From: Sarea resinae
Lineage: Eukaryota
Assembly: GCA_026026165.1 (NCBI GenBank)
Contig: JAPEUD010000093.1
Coordinates: forward strand, 1 to 64,000
DNA length: 64,000 bases
Direction: 5' to 3'
A program made the position numbers and the translations under genes. The notes below the pieces were generated by a model that was not told the DNA's origin, made no database searches, and saw only the letters and a program-made list of their open reading frames with translations. The stretch's first letter is position 1, and the number at the start of each line of letters is the position of its first letter. Positions 36,913 to 50,794 of the stretch are shown piece by piece.

Positions 36913-37727
36913 GCAAATGCAGGTCGAGGTATCATCCATAGAGGAGGCCTCGTTCGGTGCTTCAAAGTGACCAGGGTCCACGTAATATGCCCTCGTCTCG
37001 CATCTGTGAACGTTGCCTGTTCTGTCTGTTCATCGCCTGTGCTGGCCTGCTGCCAAGTAGGCAGCCAGCGACCTGCAGAGAAGGAACATCGAATGGGAGA
37101 AATGAAGAGAAGGTAGTTCGTCAGATGCTTGGCTCTCTGTCGCTACCTTGCCTCCTCCTGCTCTCCTCCTGCTACTAGGCCTTCTCGATAGCTAATACCT
37201 GCCTGACCTTCCTTGCCTGGCTCTACAGGGCATGTACCTCTTCCTGCCTGCGCCACATATCCATCCCATCACACGCTGCGACATGTTCGAATGAAGAATT
37301 TTCTCATCTCCTCGATTCATTTCTCGCTTTATTAGAGCTTCACAGACGAGGCATTCCTGCCACCACTCTGGAAAGCACACATTCGGACCGTGATCGGTGC
37401 CGCCTAGAGGTCGAAATTAAATGAAGAGACTTCATTCTTTCATCCCGCGAAGAATTCTCTCCGTCAGAGTCGAGATCATGGCTGGCCGCCCCCGCCCCTT
37501 GACCTCTCTCGAGCATGAATTCCTTGTCATTTCGCACCGAGATGAGTGAATCTGGTCCGGTCGAGCCTCTTAAAGGCCATGTCCTCTGCCCCAATGGATC
37601 ATACTAGCTGGACGCTTCATAGGTTCTTCAGATCTCCAGATATCGACCAACGATCACCGTACTTCGGCTCCGTCTAATAGTGCTAATCTCCTTGCCTCTC
37701 TGTTGAACTTGGCCCACAGACTCGAAG

Positions 37728-40700
37728 ATGGTCCTGTCCAGGTGTTCTCCGTGGCTCAAGGCATTGCTCGCGTCGTCGCAGCTCCTCGCCGGAGTTGTCG
37801 GCTCTCCCCTTGATCGCCGAAATGAAGACGTGGCTGACGCTCCTTCTGAAGGCGAAGTTCGGCTTGCATACCAGGTCGTCGAATATCCCGTCTACGTTGA
37901 CACCGTTCTCGATACGACGACAAATTTTATTGCCGCACCCGGCGCGACAATCATCGTCAACAACGCCCCTACTCACCTGCGGACGACCGTCACCGCAACA
38001 CGGACGATCACTTTTACGACGACCGTTACGTATGATTCTCGCTTCGTGACTGTTTGCCTCTCGGATGAGAAACTGACACCATTTCCTGAGCAGGGCTGCG
38101 ACAAACCAGGCGCCTGGCTTACCCTTGACTCAACCAGCAGCGGCTTCGGTTCCTTTGATCTCCCCCTTGCCGGTCGTGTCAAACTTGAGTCCGGCTCCGG
38201 CCAGCATTGTTGCCAACTCTCCCGTGCCGCTCTCTCTTCTGCCGACCAGCCCCTTGACGCTTGTCTCTCCGGCCTCGCCCCCGAACATTGCACCGACTAT
38301 CTCCTTGCCAGCGATTCCATTAGGTAGCATTGCGTCTTCAGTGGCCGTGGCCGCGAGTATACCGGTAACAAGTGGGCTTTCCGACCTAGCGCCGGATTCA
38401 TCCTTGTCATTCATCACGGTCTCGGGAGAAGTGTTGGTCGAGTCGATAAGTGCTGGCGTTTTGATCAGTGCTCAACTATTCTCTGGATTCACGGTTGTTC
38501 AGCGATTGGCCTCCCTCAACACCATCAACAGTCTGGGTGCCATCTCTGGCGCGATACTGTCCCCGATCACCACATCAGCAGGGACGACGTTATTGGCGAC
38601 CGTCGTCTCAGGAACGATACTGCCAGCATCACCGGTGAGTCTCAACCCAGGCATCCCATCCATTATCTCTACGCCGGTGTCTGTTCCGCAGGTCTCGTTA
38701 CGGTCTTCCGCTATCGTGCCTACCTTGGTCTCAGTGCCATCAATCGCTCCATTGCTTTCGACCCCGGTGGCAATCTCGTCCTTGCCCGTGTCTTTTCCGC
38801 AGGTCTCGTTACGGTCTTCCGCTATCGTGCCTACCTTGGTCTCAGTGCCATCAATCGCTCCATTGCTTTCGACCCCGGTGGCGATCTCGTCCTTGCCAGT
38901 GATCTCTCCTTCCGTTGTGGCACCCTCGATCTCAGTCCCATCGCTCTCGCTTTCGGTGCCCTTGCCGTCCACTCCGCTGCCTGTAGTGTCGGTGCCAGTG
39001 TCTTCGCTTTCGAAAGCCCTATCCCTGCCATTGTCGGTGCCTGGGCCTTCATTACCGCTGTCCATATCCTCGCCGTCAGCGCCCTTGCTATCTGTACCTC
39101 CAGTTTCGCTGCCACTTACGACGCTGTCAGTGCCGGCGGCTTCACTCCCGCCAGTCTCGACTTTGGCATCTCCGTCACTGCTTCCGCTCGTGTCGACATT
39201 GTTGTCGGTGGTGTCGCAGCTAGTGGTCCCTCCGCAATTGCCTTCAGCTTCCATTCAACCAATTGCTTCGCCGCCGATTTCACTATCAACAATAATACAG
39301 CCGTCAATAAATGGTCCGTCGACTTTACTGCCTTCACTAGCATCCTCTCTGCCACTGGTGTCACTTCTATCAACTTCACCACCGGCGGTGACACAACCAG
39401 CTTTGCCGGTTTCCCCACTATCGATTCCACTGTCCTCAGTATTCCAGCCATCGATTTCTGCACCATCGGTTCCACTTCTACCTGTGACGGTGCCATCGGT
39501 CGCTCCGTCAGTGTCGCCAATCTCATTGCCATCAGGTGCAATCCAGTCGGTAGCTCCACCGCTGCTGTCGATCGCATTGCCATCTACGTCTTCACTCGGT
39601 CCTAATGTTCTGTCTTTGCCGGCCGTGTCTGTGCCATCGGTGCTGGTACCATCTATCTCTTTGCCTGCCGCATCTGCGCCATCAGTGTCTCTGCTGTCAG
39701 TCTCGCAGCCATTAATCTCGCCGCTATCTGTCTCGCTGCCAGCAGCCTCTGTTCTATCGGCATTGTCGCTACCATCAGTCTCACCGCTATCGGTGGCACT
39801 ACCACCTATCTCCTCCCTAGCTGTGTCTGTGCCATCGGTATCTGCGCCATCTGTGTCTCTGCTGTCAGTCTCACTACCATCTGTGTCGCTGCCAGCTGTG
39901 TCACTATCATCTATCTCCTCGCCAGCCGTGTCTGTGCCATCGGTGCTGGTACCATCTATCTCTGTGCCAGCCGTGTCTTCGCTGCCCGTCTCATTGGCAA
40001 CCGTGTCTCTACCATCCGTCTCGTTACCACTTGTGTCTCTACTATCAGTCTCACAGCCATCAGTCTTGCAACCCTCAGTCTCGTTGCCAGCTGTTTCACA
40101 GCTACCAGTTTCCCCGCTATCCGCGCTTGTTCCATCAATCCTGTCGCTGCCATCGGTCTCATCCCTATCAGTCTCGCTACCCGCTGTATCTGCTCTATCA
40201 GGCTTGTCGTTGCCACCAGTCTCATCACCATCCGTCTCGTTGCCAGCCGTGTCGGTGCCATCAGTCTCGCTACCAGCTGTGTCTGTTCCGTCAGGTTTGT
40301 CGCTTCTATCAGTCTCATCACCATCCGTCTCGTTGCCAGCCGTGTCAGTGCTATCAGTCTCGCTACCAGCTGTATCTGCTCCATCGACCTTGTCGCTGCT
40401 ACCAGTCTCATCGCCAGCCGCGGCACTGCTATCTGTCGCATCATTAGCAATATCGCTGCCTTCGGTGTCATTGCCAGCGGTACCTTCGAGCTCTCTTCCA
40501 TTGCCTCCGGTCTCGCTAGCATCATTGGCATTGCCATCGGTCTTATCACAATCGGTCGCATTACCAACGTCCTTGCTGCCTTCAGCCTCACTCCCAACAG
40601 GGTCTTTTCCTTCTGTCTCGTTACCGGCCGTGTCTCTTCCTTCAGTGTCACTGCCATCCGTCTCGTTGCCGGATACCTCACTACCAATGATCTCGTCACT

Positions 40701-43700
40701 GCTGCCTTCAGTCTCGTTACCAGCAAATTCGCTACCTCCAGTGTCACTATCCTCAGCCTCGTTACCAGAAGTCTCCCTTCCGTCGGTGTCGCTGCCATCC
40801 GTCTCGTTGCCAGCTGTTTCTCTGTCCTCAGTATCGCTGCTATCAGCCTCGTTACCACTGCCTTCAGTCTCACTGCCGCTGTCTTCGATCTTACTGCCGT
40901 CGACATCATTGCCAGGGGTCTCTCTGCCTTCCGTACCATCAGCCGCAGTGTCTCTATCCTCACTGGTATCGCTGCCATCGATTCCGATACCAGCAACATC
41001 GGTGCCTGCGGTCTCGGCTCTGACCCCGTTGCCTTCGATATCATTGCCGCAGATCTCGCTTTTGCCTTCTCTGCCTTCGGTCGCAGCTCCATCGACTTTA
41101 TTACCGTCTTTGTCACTATCGGTCCCATCACTTTCGTTGCCCTTGGTTTCACTGCCTTCGGTGTCATCATTTTCGCTGTCTGTATCTCCGCCATCAGCCC
41201 TCACTTCCGTTTCCTTGTCGGACTTGTTGCCGTCTGATTCGCTACTGTCGCTATCTTCGGTCTCTCTGCCTTTGGTCTCATCGATTCCGCTATCCCTATC
41301 GCTACCTTCAGTCACCCCATCTCTGAGTTTGTTACCTTCGGGTTCTGTGCCATCAGTGTCATTGCTCCCAGCATCGTTGCCTTCTGTCTCTTTGTCTTCT
41401 CTGCCTTCACTCTCCCTACCCTCGGTCCCGTCGCTTTTGACTTCCCTACCTTCAACCTCTCTGGCTTCCGTGCCTTTGGTGTCGTTGCCATCTGGGTCAC
41501 TAACCCAACTACCTTCCCTATCATTGCCTTCGATCTCTCCATCCTCTCCACCGTCGATCTCCTTTCCCTCAATAGCCCTGCCATCTGTGTTATCATCGTC
41601 TCTGTCACTACTATCCTTGACTTCAGTTAGTCTGCCCTCGGCTTCCTTGCCACCCGTGTCACTACTGTCATCACTCTTGATTTCCCCTTCCTCTGCCTCC
41701 TTGCCTTCCTTTCCCTCGCTCACGTCACAGTTTCTCTCCCCCCCTTCGTTGTCCGTAGTCTCCCTACCTTCAGCCTCTCTACCGTCTGTTTCACTACCAT
41801 TGCTGCTATCGGACTCGTCTTTGGTATCATTACCTTCTATTTCGCTGTCGTTGCCTTCATCATCGGTACCACTACTCTCAATCACGCCATCGATCTCGGC
41901 ACCTTCAATTTCTGTGCCGTCTTTTGCAGGCTTGTCGGTCTCGCTACCATCAATTTCAGTGCCACAAGTGTCTGTGTCGGCGGTTTCGGTGTCGACAGAT
42001 TTACTACCATCTTCACTGCCAGTGTCTTCGATCCTGCCACTGTCAGGTCTACCAACCACGTCATCGTTGTCGCTCCCCATTCCATCGGTGCCGACAGGCT
42101 TGGTTTCTTTGTTGTCGGCTTCACTGCCGCAAGTCTCACTGCTGTCGTCCCTACCGTCAGTCTCGCCGCTATCAGCCTCCTTGCTGTCAGCTGCATCCAC
42201 TTTGGCATCTTTATTATCTTTGTCCGTCAATGCATCGTCGGTAACGCCTTCTTTGGCGTCTTTGCCCTCTGTTTCTGTGCCTTTGCCATCGCTCTCAATA
42301 CCGTCACTAGCACAATCGGTCTCTCCGTCAATTTCCGTGCCATCAGTTTCACTGCCCTTTTCGTCAGTTTCGGTGCCGTCTGCATTGTCTTCGATATCAC
42401 TGGCGGTACCATCAATCTCGATCCCTGCGGTGTCGATACCGTCGGCATCGTTGACTCTTCCCTCAGTCTCGGTACCCTCAGTAACATTGACTGCTCTATC
42501 AATCTCGAATTCGTCGATCTCGGCCCCTCCGCTCTCGGTGCCGTCCGCATCCCTGGCTTTGTCATCGATCTCAATTTCTCCGGTCTCAGTGCCCTCGGGT
42601 CCATTGGGCATTCCATCGATCCCGACCTCCTCTATTCCGTTGTCCTTACCATCGGTATTGACTTCTTCCAATTTGCTCCCGTCTCTTTCGGTGCCGCTGG
42701 TCTCAGCTCCTTCGATCTCGGTCCCTTCGCTATCCTTGTCTCTCTCCTCGCCCTCTTTGCTACCGAGTACACTGCCTGCGCTATCATTGACCGGTCCATC
42801 GATCTCGGTGCCATCGGTCTCAGGTATCTCAACATCATCGATTCCCTTATCGATCTCATTCCCCTCAATATCAACACCATCGATTTCGATATCCTCTATT
42901 TCGTTGTCCCTACCATCAGTGTCGATCCCCTCCAATTCAATCCCTTCTCTGTCAGTGCCGTTGGTCTCAACTCCTTCGCTCTCAGTCCCCTCGGTACTCT
43001 TGTCTCTCTTCTCGCCCTCTTTGCTATCGAGCTCACCTCCTTTGCTGTCATTGAACCGTCCATCGATCTCGGTACCATCGGTCTCAAGTATCTTGTTACC
43101 AGGGATCTCACCATCGATCTTAGCCACCTCGGTATCAATATCGTCGATCCCGGCAGCTTCCCTCTTGGTGCCCTCCGTTGGGGTTCCTTCCACTTCAGTG
43201 TTACCCACTTCATTGCCATCGGTCACGCTGTCGCCAGCTTCAGTGCTGCCGACTAATTTACCCTCTCCAGCTACCGCTCTTCCAGTAAGTTCGCTATCAA
43301 TAGCTTCTGTACCATCAGTGGCCGTGTCTGTTCAATCGATCTCGGTTCTGCCACTCTCGGTTCCTTCGAGTCCAGGACCTTCTGCTTCGCTATCCGTGCC
43401 TTCGCTTTCGATCTCGACGGTCACTATCTTTCTCCCATCTTCGGTCGCGAATCTGTCCGCGGCGTCTATTGTGCTGTCGTCCAGGTCGACTACCCTGCCG
43501 TCGGTGACACTGTCTTCCGTCATAGTCCCGTCCATAACGGTTCCTTCCGTATCCGTTCCGACATCTATCTCACGAGCTTCCGTTCCAACGGCCTCGTCCT
43601 TGTCACTACCCAGTCTGTCAGCGGCTAGAGTGCTGTCTTTAAGCACATCGGCACTCGCGCAAAGCCTGCAACTCCCCAGCTTCGGGCCTACACTGGTATT

Positions 43701-44130
43701 GCCGACCGCGACACTGCCAACCAGCGCTTCTGGTCAGCCAAGCATGACGACCGTCGTCGGGAGCATACTCGCGCAGACCACATACTCTGGCGTCGTAGTC
43801 GGCTCGACCCAAATGCTTGGCACCGTGGTCGTTGCAACCATTGTGTCGGGAGCCACACCCACAAGCACCATAAGGTCCGCGATCATCTCGCCGGGAACGA
43901 CGGCAGGGGGCCTGACGATCTCCTCAACGCTGCTCTCGGGCACCATCGCTGCCCCTGTTGCCACTATTGCCAATGCGGCCAGCGCCGCCGTGGCTCCTAT
44001 TGTCGCCTTTATCACCACTTATTACTCGACCTCCTATTTCGTCTCCGGCACTGCCTATACCTCGACCTTCTACTTCACCTCCATTCCTACCGCGACCATC
44101 ATTTCCAGCATCGTACCTACCAAGCCCTAG
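37728..44130 (+). CDS. Large secreted Ser/Leu/Pro/Val-rich repeat (mucin-like/cell-surface) protein, ~2100 aa
   Basis: Signal-peptide-like N-terminus then SPLDRR; intron 38030-38093 (GTATGA..CTGAC..CAG) joins exon 1 in frame to the 2001-aa ORF dominated by SVSLP-type repeats. Confidence 0.85.
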
Positions 44131-44899
44131 CGGCTTTGATTCTAGGTACAAACCCCACTGCCGCAGCAGCAAATGCAATCAATTCCGTTGCTGACTTCCG
44201 GTCAGATCTCTTATCATACAGGTCTCTGGTCATACTATGACCGCCGGCTGCTATCAGCGATCTATTTCACCGACCTTGATCCTCATAGCCATAATCTATT
44301 ACTTATCCTCTAACAACTGGACTTCAGCAGCACATCGGCCAACATCTCGTCCAAGTATCCATCGGCCTTCAGTACTGCCTCGTCTTAATTTTCTCGCGCA
44401 TAATTTTTCCTCAGTTCTTCCATCTTCATCTGCTTTTCTATCCTTCCAGACGCGCTTGTGCGCTTTATTTACCCCACCCAGCTCTCCTGATGTCTTGTTA
44501 AGAATCAGAACAAGGAAATAGTGGCTGGCTTTGTATTTTTAAAAAGTACTTTTATCAATATACTTCTCGCTTTGTCTGTGCCCTCCTGCCTCTGCCCTTC
44601 TGCTCCTCGAATCGCTGAACGGAAACAGATGCCAGTGACACCCACGTGTGCGGGGCATTTGGAAGTGCGAGACAATGAAGCCCCCCAAGCGGCCCACGAC
44701 CTCCGCATTCGGTCCTGCTGTCGTCGCCGCAATACCGTCCCCCTTCCCAAACGACTGGGCGACACCTTAGCTTGCTAGATCTGAACTGAGTCGAAGGTTG
44801 GGTAGGGACTATGGTCGAGATCTCTTGTAGATGATGTATATTTGATTTTCCGAGCCATTACTACTACTGTTACTGTTCTACTACTACCACTACCTTAGG

Positions 44900-44902
<3 letters not shown>

Positions 44903-44936
<34 letters not shown>
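44903..44936. repeat. (AG)n microsatellite
   Basis: Read directly. Confidence 0.95.
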
Positions 44937-44943
<7 letters not shown>

Positions 44944-45244
44944 GGGAATCGGCTCTTTTCTAGTTCAGGGTCGAGAGTCGTGCCAGAATGACAGGCAAAG
45001 TCAAGCTCTGGTTCAGAGAGCAAGTCTGAGACATACCGATCACGTAGACTAAGAAATTAGAGGGTTCGGGTCAGGGTCACAGCTCGCGCGGCCCAGTCGA
45101 TCGATGGATTCAAAATGTCTTATATGTCCGGCTTCGACCTAGAAGCGGATGACCTTTTTGTGTCTAAACTAAATCAAGATGATCGAATCAAACTCCAGCA
45201 GTCAAGAGGACGTGCAAACAATGTGTTACGCTCCGAAAAGAAAT

Positions 45245-46980
45245 TCACAATCGCGCCCTCTCGTTGCCGTTCCAGCCGGCATCCAAGGCCAGCAGCTCGG
45301 CGGCGCGCTCGCCGACGGCCAAGACGGTCAGCATGGGGTTGATGGTCGGCATCTCCGGGAACACGCCGGCGTCGGCAATGCGCAGGCCTTTGAGACCGGC
45401 GACCTTCAATTTACAATCGACGACGGCGGTGGGATCGCGCGAGGGGTCGCCCATCTTGGTCGTTCCCGCCGGGTGGTAGACGGTGTGTGCGACTTTGCGG
45501 CCGTAGTAGCTCAGGTCCTCGTCCGAGGTGACTTTGGGGCCGGGCGCGACTTCGCGCTTGATCCAGCTCTTGAACGGCTCTTCTTCCGCCACCTTGCGGG
45601 CGGCCTTGAGGCCAGCGACGATGGTAGCGGCGTCGTAGCCTTCCGGGTCGGTGAAGTAGCGGAAGTCAAGAGCCGGTTTGACGGCCGGGTCGGCAGATGT
45701 GAGGTAGATGCGGCCGCGACTGCGCGGCCGAGGGATGTTTGGCGTCATGCAAAAGGCGTCAATTGGGGTGTCGTAGCCGAGTCTAAAACAGTTAGTCTCG
45801 GCTTCAAGCAAGATTGAAAGATAATAAACATACCTTGACGTGTTCAGACAAAATGGAATCTGGTAGCAGTGCATCATGATATCGGCACTGATACCGTCGC
45901 CGCCTCTTGCGTTGGGAGCTTCCCGACGTAAGAAGATGCCAGCATCCGAATCCATGGTTGTTTGATTCGGCGGGACCGGCTGGTTGAGCTCCCAAACAAT
46001 GATACTTTCCGGATGATCCAGGAGGTTCTCTCCCACGCCCGGCAAATCCTTGACCACGGGAATCTTCAAGTCTTCGAGTTGCTTCTTGGGCCCAAGTCCG
46101 GACAGAAGCATGAGCCGTGGCGTGTCGACGGCTCCGGCACACAAGACAGTCTCCGCCTTGGCATTGAGGGTCAGTTTCTCACCACTCTGCAGGGCCAGGT
46201 TGACGCCGGTGACCTTGTCGCCTTCGACGTTGATGCGGCTGACCCATGCGTTGGTAAGGATGGTCAGGTTTGGTCGCTTCTCCTCTCCTCGCAAGATCGG
46301 GTGGATGTATGCCACACTGGCACTGCTTCGTCGGCCATCATCCGGGTTGTACGACACCGAGAAGAAGCCGACACATTCCTTCAATTCACCGTTCTCGCGG
46401 ATCTCCTTGTTAAAGTCCTCGACGACGGGGATGTTATGGGACGTCGAGCAAGCTTGCAGCCAATCCTTGCACAGCTGGTTTCGATGGCGGTCGTGGACCG
46501 GCTGGACGGTGTTGCGGAGGTTGTCAAGGACTCGGGTGAAGGTCTCGAAGGTCCAGCCATAGCAGCCTTGAGCTACCCATCGATCGCAGTCGTACTGGAA
46601 TGGTCGGAACGAGATCAGGGTGTTGTGCGACGAGCAGCCTCCCAGGACCTTGGCTCGGGAGTGTCGAATGTGAGAGTTTCCTAGACAAATGAGCACATTT
46701 ACGTTCAAAAATGCCGCCATTGAACATATGCCTTACCATTCGGCTGCTCCACCGTCCCATAATCATAATCCAACTCGCCTCCCAGGAGGTTCAGCCAGTC
46801 CTTCAGCAATAAGACACGATCGTCCATGAAGTCGCTCGGCCCGGCCTCGATGAGCAGTGTCTTCTTGTGGGGCAGGTATTCGGCGAGCCTGCTGGCGATG
46901 ACACAGCCAGCCGTGCCACCGCCCACGATGATATAATCGAACGAATTGGCCTCGGAGGCCGAAAGCTGTGAAGTTGTCAT
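45245..46980 (-). CDS. codA: Choline oxidase (GMC oxidoreductase), 2 introns
   Basis: DYIIVGGGTAG FAD motif, RHSRAKVLGGCSSHN (covalent-flavin His), GVGENLLDH, HTVYHPAGT, NPMLT; divergent from betaine aldehyde dehydrogenase. Confidence 0.92.
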
Positions 46981-47897
46981 GGCGAGGTTGGTGATGGATG
47001 GTTCCGAGTCAGCACTCAATGACGCTTCACAAGAGGAAAGGAGCGGGATATATGTAGGTGTATTGGAGCTTCCCGGAAGATGTCCATACAACTTTATGCA
47101 GAGGATGAACGGCTAAATGAGCGGGACGATAAAAATGGAATCTGGCGGGAGATCGATCTGCCTCCTGGACCCCGCGGCGACAGGGGCGACGAGGGCGAAA
47201 GGGCCGATGGCGACATGGATGCAGGCGAGGGAATGGGCCGAAAGGGAAATGCGATCCGATCGGAGTGGGAGGGACGCCGACAAAACTCCTCACCGCCTAC
47301 GATACTTGGCGCTACTTGCCGGGACCGGCCGAGTCGGTCTCTTGGCGTACGGCCACGGGCGACAAGGGACCTGCCATCAGGTACCTGCCCGAGTACCTGA
47401 AGGGTCCCTCGACCCCACCAGTTTCCGTGCCATGTCCCGAGTGGGCTTGGTCCCGCCCGGCCCTGCTTGGCGTGTGTCTGGACGATTAACCCAAGGAGGT
47501 CTAGGGCGGGGTGGGCCGGCGGAGAGTGGACGAGTGGAAGGGTGGAAGAGTGGAAGAGTGGAGCGGGCGGGCACTTGGTATACTAACGAGGAAGTTTTTC
47601 CCCTCCCGGCGGATATTGTTCAGATGGGTTTCACTTGGACGCGCCTGGACCTGCCCTGCCCTGCCCGGACCGTCAGTGATTGAGTGACTGATACCGATAC
47701 CTGCGGTCATCGTAATCAGTGGGATTCACCTATCTCGAGAGGACTCAACACCATTAGTATCATCATCATCAATCGATAATCATCAATCGATAATCATCAG
47801 TCATTCTATCTTCCCCTCCTCAATTGGCGTCAACACCCTCCCCATTGCTATTCCCCTCCACCTCCATACCCCAATCGATTCTCCCCTCCAAGCAAAA
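46981..47897. promoter_or_regulatory. Probable bidirectional promoter of choline oxidase and BADH
   Basis: Head-to-head genes ~0.9 kb apart; CGG-rich; tandem ATCAATCGATAATC duplication at ~47768-47798. Confidence 0.6.
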
Positions 47898-49489
47898 ATG
47901 TCCGACCCCTTCTACCCCCCCGTGCAGCTCTACTACGACGGCAAGCCTCAGCCTGCCACCTCAGGCACCACATTCCGGACCGTCTCGCCCTCGACGTCGT
48001 CGCCCCTCGCCGACGTGCACACGGCCTCGCACGCTGACATCGACGCCGCCATCGCCTCGGCCCAATCCGCATTCCCATCCTGGTCGCGCACGCCCGCCAT
48101 CGAGCGCTCTCGGGTTCTCCTCAAGGCCGTCGCCCTGCTTCGCGCGCGCAACGACGAGATCGCCCGCGTCGAGACCCAGGATACGGGCAAGGCCTTCTCA
48201 GAGACGAGCACAGTAGACGTGGTCACGGGCGCCGATGTGCTCGAGTACTTCGCCAACCTGGTCGGTGGCGGCGGCTTGAACGGCGAGACCGCGCAGCTGA
48301 GGGAGGATGCCTGGGTGTATACCAAAAAGGAGGCGCTGGGCGTGTGCGCGGGCATCGGAGCGTGGAATTATCCTATCCAGATGTGTGTATTGCCCGCTCT
48401 TCTTCCCGTGCAGCTGCTTGGCTCTATCTGAAAGGCCGGTCAGACTGACCGCAAGACGACAACAGCGCCCTCTGGAAATCCGCGCCCTGCCTCGCAGCAG
48501 GCAACACGATGGTCTACAAGCCGTCCGAATTCACACCGCTGCACTCGACCATCCTCGCTGAGGTCTTCACGTCGGCCGGCCTCCCGCCTGGCGTCTTCAA
48601 CATCATCCAAGGCGGCGGCTCCGAAGGCGCCTACCTGACCGCCCATCCGGCCATCGCGAAAGTCTCCTTCACGGGCCAAGTGTCGACGGGGCAGAAAGTC
48701 GCCGCCTCGGCTGCGGGCGGCATGAAATACATCACCATGGAACTGGGGGGCAAGTCCCCGGTGCTCGTGCTCGACGACGCCGATCTCGAGACGGCAGTCA
48801 AGGGCGCCATGATGGCGAATTTCTACTCGTCGGGCCAGGTGTGCACAAACGGCACGCGCGTCTTCGTGCCACGCCACCTGCTGCCGGAGTTTGAGCGCAT
48901 CCTGCTCGCCAAAATGAAGCACATCCGCGCGGGCGACCTGATGGCGCCGTCGACCAACTTCGGGCCACTGGTGTCAGCGGTGCACCGCGAGAAAGTGCTC
49001 GGGTACATTCGACACGGCATCGAAGCCGACAAGGCGCAGCTCCTCTACGGCGGGCTCGAGCCGCCGACGGAGAACCTCCCCGAGCGTCTGCGTGCCGGCT
49101 TCTGGGTGTCGCCGACCGTGTTCACCAACTGCACGGACGAGATGAAGATCGCGTCCGAGGAGATCTTCGGGCCGGTCATGTGTCTGCTGCCGTACTCGAC
49201 GCTGCCGGAGGCCATCGAGCGCGCCAACGCCACCCCTCTGGGTCTGGCGGCCGGCGTCTTCACGAGGGACTTGAATAGGGCGCATAAGGTGATTGCGGCG
49301 CTGGAGGCCGGCATCACCTGGGTCAACACGTGGGGCGAGTCACCGGCGGAGATGAGCGTGGGCGGGTGGAAGTCGAGTGGGGTCGGCGTGGAGAATGGCA
49401 GGAGGGGCATCGAGGCTTGGGTCAGGAATAAGAGCACGCTTGTGGATATGAGTGGAGAGGTGGCGTCGGTTTTCGAGGCCGAGGAATGA
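47898..49489 (+). CDS. Betaine aldehyde dehydrogenase, 1 intron
   Basis: [55 protein letters not shown] (BetB-type signatures). Confidence 0.93.
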
Positions 49490-49658
49490 TTGGTGATCCA
49501 GCCTGATGGATACGACGACTACGACGACTGCAAGAGCGGGAGAGAAGGTGGTAATGCAGCATGTACATAGACGGGACTCGAAAAGAAACATCTGGACCAT
49601 ATACACGACTAGGCGTTCCCGAACAAAAGTCCCTAGTCAAGACAAAACTGATCAAAAC

Positions 49659-49716
49659 AACCAAACCAAACCAAACCAAACCAAACCAAACCAAACAAAC
49701 AAACAAACAAACAAAC
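49659..49716. repeat. (CCAAA)n/(CAAA)n microsatellite
   Basis: Read directly. Confidence 0.9.
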
Positions 49717-50794
49717 ACACGACCAAAACGCGTGCTCAAGAGTCCTATTATCAAAACAAATCTTCGCCATACCTCCTCTCCCCTCTACCCCTACAGCCTT
49801 TTCCTTCCCCTCGGCCCCCCTTTTTTCTCCCCTTTACTTTTCCCTCTCCTCTTCGTTGCCTCAACTTGGGGCCTCAAAACTCTGCCCCCCAAACCCTGAG
49901 ACATGAAGGTAAGATATCACTAGCGCTACAGCACAACCTGCCGAGAACCCTCTTGTATCATGGTAATGGCCACAACAACAACAATAACAACAACAACGAA
50001 AAGGAGATGCAAGTCCGCAAATTGTCGGTGCTAAAAACAGAAACAGAAACAAGGATAGGGGGAGGTAAGAAGGAAGGTAGACAAGGGAAGTAGATAAGGC
50101 AGGTAGAGACGTAGAAAAGGGAAGATGAAGGAAGGGAAGGAAGGATGGAGGGAGGAAGGAGCGCGAGAGGTGGACTGCATTACCTAGCTGCCTACTCAAT
50201 CCGCCAAGCCCCATCATGTCCTCTCCTTTCTCTCTCTCCTCTCCTCTGCTCCCCGCTCAGAGTGGTCGGCCTATACGAACCTGCTGTCAGACAGACACAC
50301 AACTATCTCATATATCGCATATCACATATCGCACATCACGCATCCAGGACCGAAGAAAGAAAAAACAACCGAGAACCACGGTGTTGGATGCTGTACTCTG
50401 CTACCTATCCGCTCCCCTAAAGCCCATTCTTATATCTATACTACTCGAAACCTGCTTAACATAACATACCGTACCATACCTGACGGGGAACCCACCCCAT
50501 GAGACGCATGATCAAGGCAAGATAGGGTGGCTTTGGCATAAGACGTGAGAGCACGAGAGAAAAGCAAAGAAAAGAACGACGCGCGTTAGATAAGAGTATT
50601 AGGTCATCGTCCACCATCAATCAATCAATCGACCAACCAACCAACCAACCAACGGACGGTCAAAAACAGAACCCGCGCGTTTATACCCGAGACAGCGAAA
50701 CAATACCATCGCGGGTCCAAACGCTCAACTCCCACTACACAGCCCCTCTCTTGAACCCATCGCGCCAGCGGCGCCAAATCCTTTGCACGCAACC

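Noticed and set aside
39255..43226. 1323-aa acidic minus-strand ORF (and 38499-39254)
   Set aside because: Antisense shadow of the low-complexity SVSLP gene; the plus strand has the signal peptide and a canonical in-frame intron
49506..50093. 195-aa ORF with NQTKP repeats and poly-N
   Set aside because: Translation of microsatellites downstream of BADH
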